Source of the DNA: Carcharhinus longimanus
Taxonomy: Eukaryota
Direction of reading: 5' to 3'
DNA length: 64,000 nt
NCBI GenBank assembly: GCA_030264375.1
Contig: JASCQW010000001.1
Coordinates: 126,162,734-126,226,733 of the forward strand
Shown here: piece by piece, positions 63,918 through 64,000 of the stretch
How positions within the stretch are numbered: the stretch's first letter is position 1
Layout of the letters: each line of letters begins with the position of its first letter
Position numbers and translations under genes: made by a program
Notes under the pieces: generated by a model
Databases searched by the model: none
Seen by the model: only the letters and a program-made list of their open reading frames with translations
Told to the model about the DNA's origin: nothing

Positions 63918-64000
63918 TTTTTCACACTCCCTCCATCTTGTTGAGCTGCTTGAATGACAAAGCTCTGAATGAGCAGAAATCTCCTCCAATCAAACATCAG

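Overview
Eukaryotic, CpG-poor, repeat-rich vertebrate DNA with scaffold gaps. The repeat content (HE1-type tRNA SINEs sharing 3' tails with HER1/CR1 LINEs, plus L2, Rex1/Babar, Tx1, Penelope and Gypsy fragments) indicates an elasmobranch (shark) genome. I recognise no intact, nameable host gene. Most ORFs in the track are spurious or TE-derived. The best-supported coding remnants are several decayed PIF/Harbinger transposons (DDE transposase plus a 3-exon Myb/SANT gene) and their MITEs. Non-TE items worth a second look: (i) a divergent pair of intronless, frameshifted acidic/basic ORFs around a compact CRE-like/X-box/TATA cluster (7.5-9.2 kb); (ii) candidate decayed exons of an unidentified minus-strand gene; (iii) several local inverted or direct duplications, one of them nested and frame-preserving (62.2-63.9 kb); (iv) a 30-bp minisatellite reading as a Pro/Cys decapeptide repeat. 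All identifications are by eye and boundaries are approximate.
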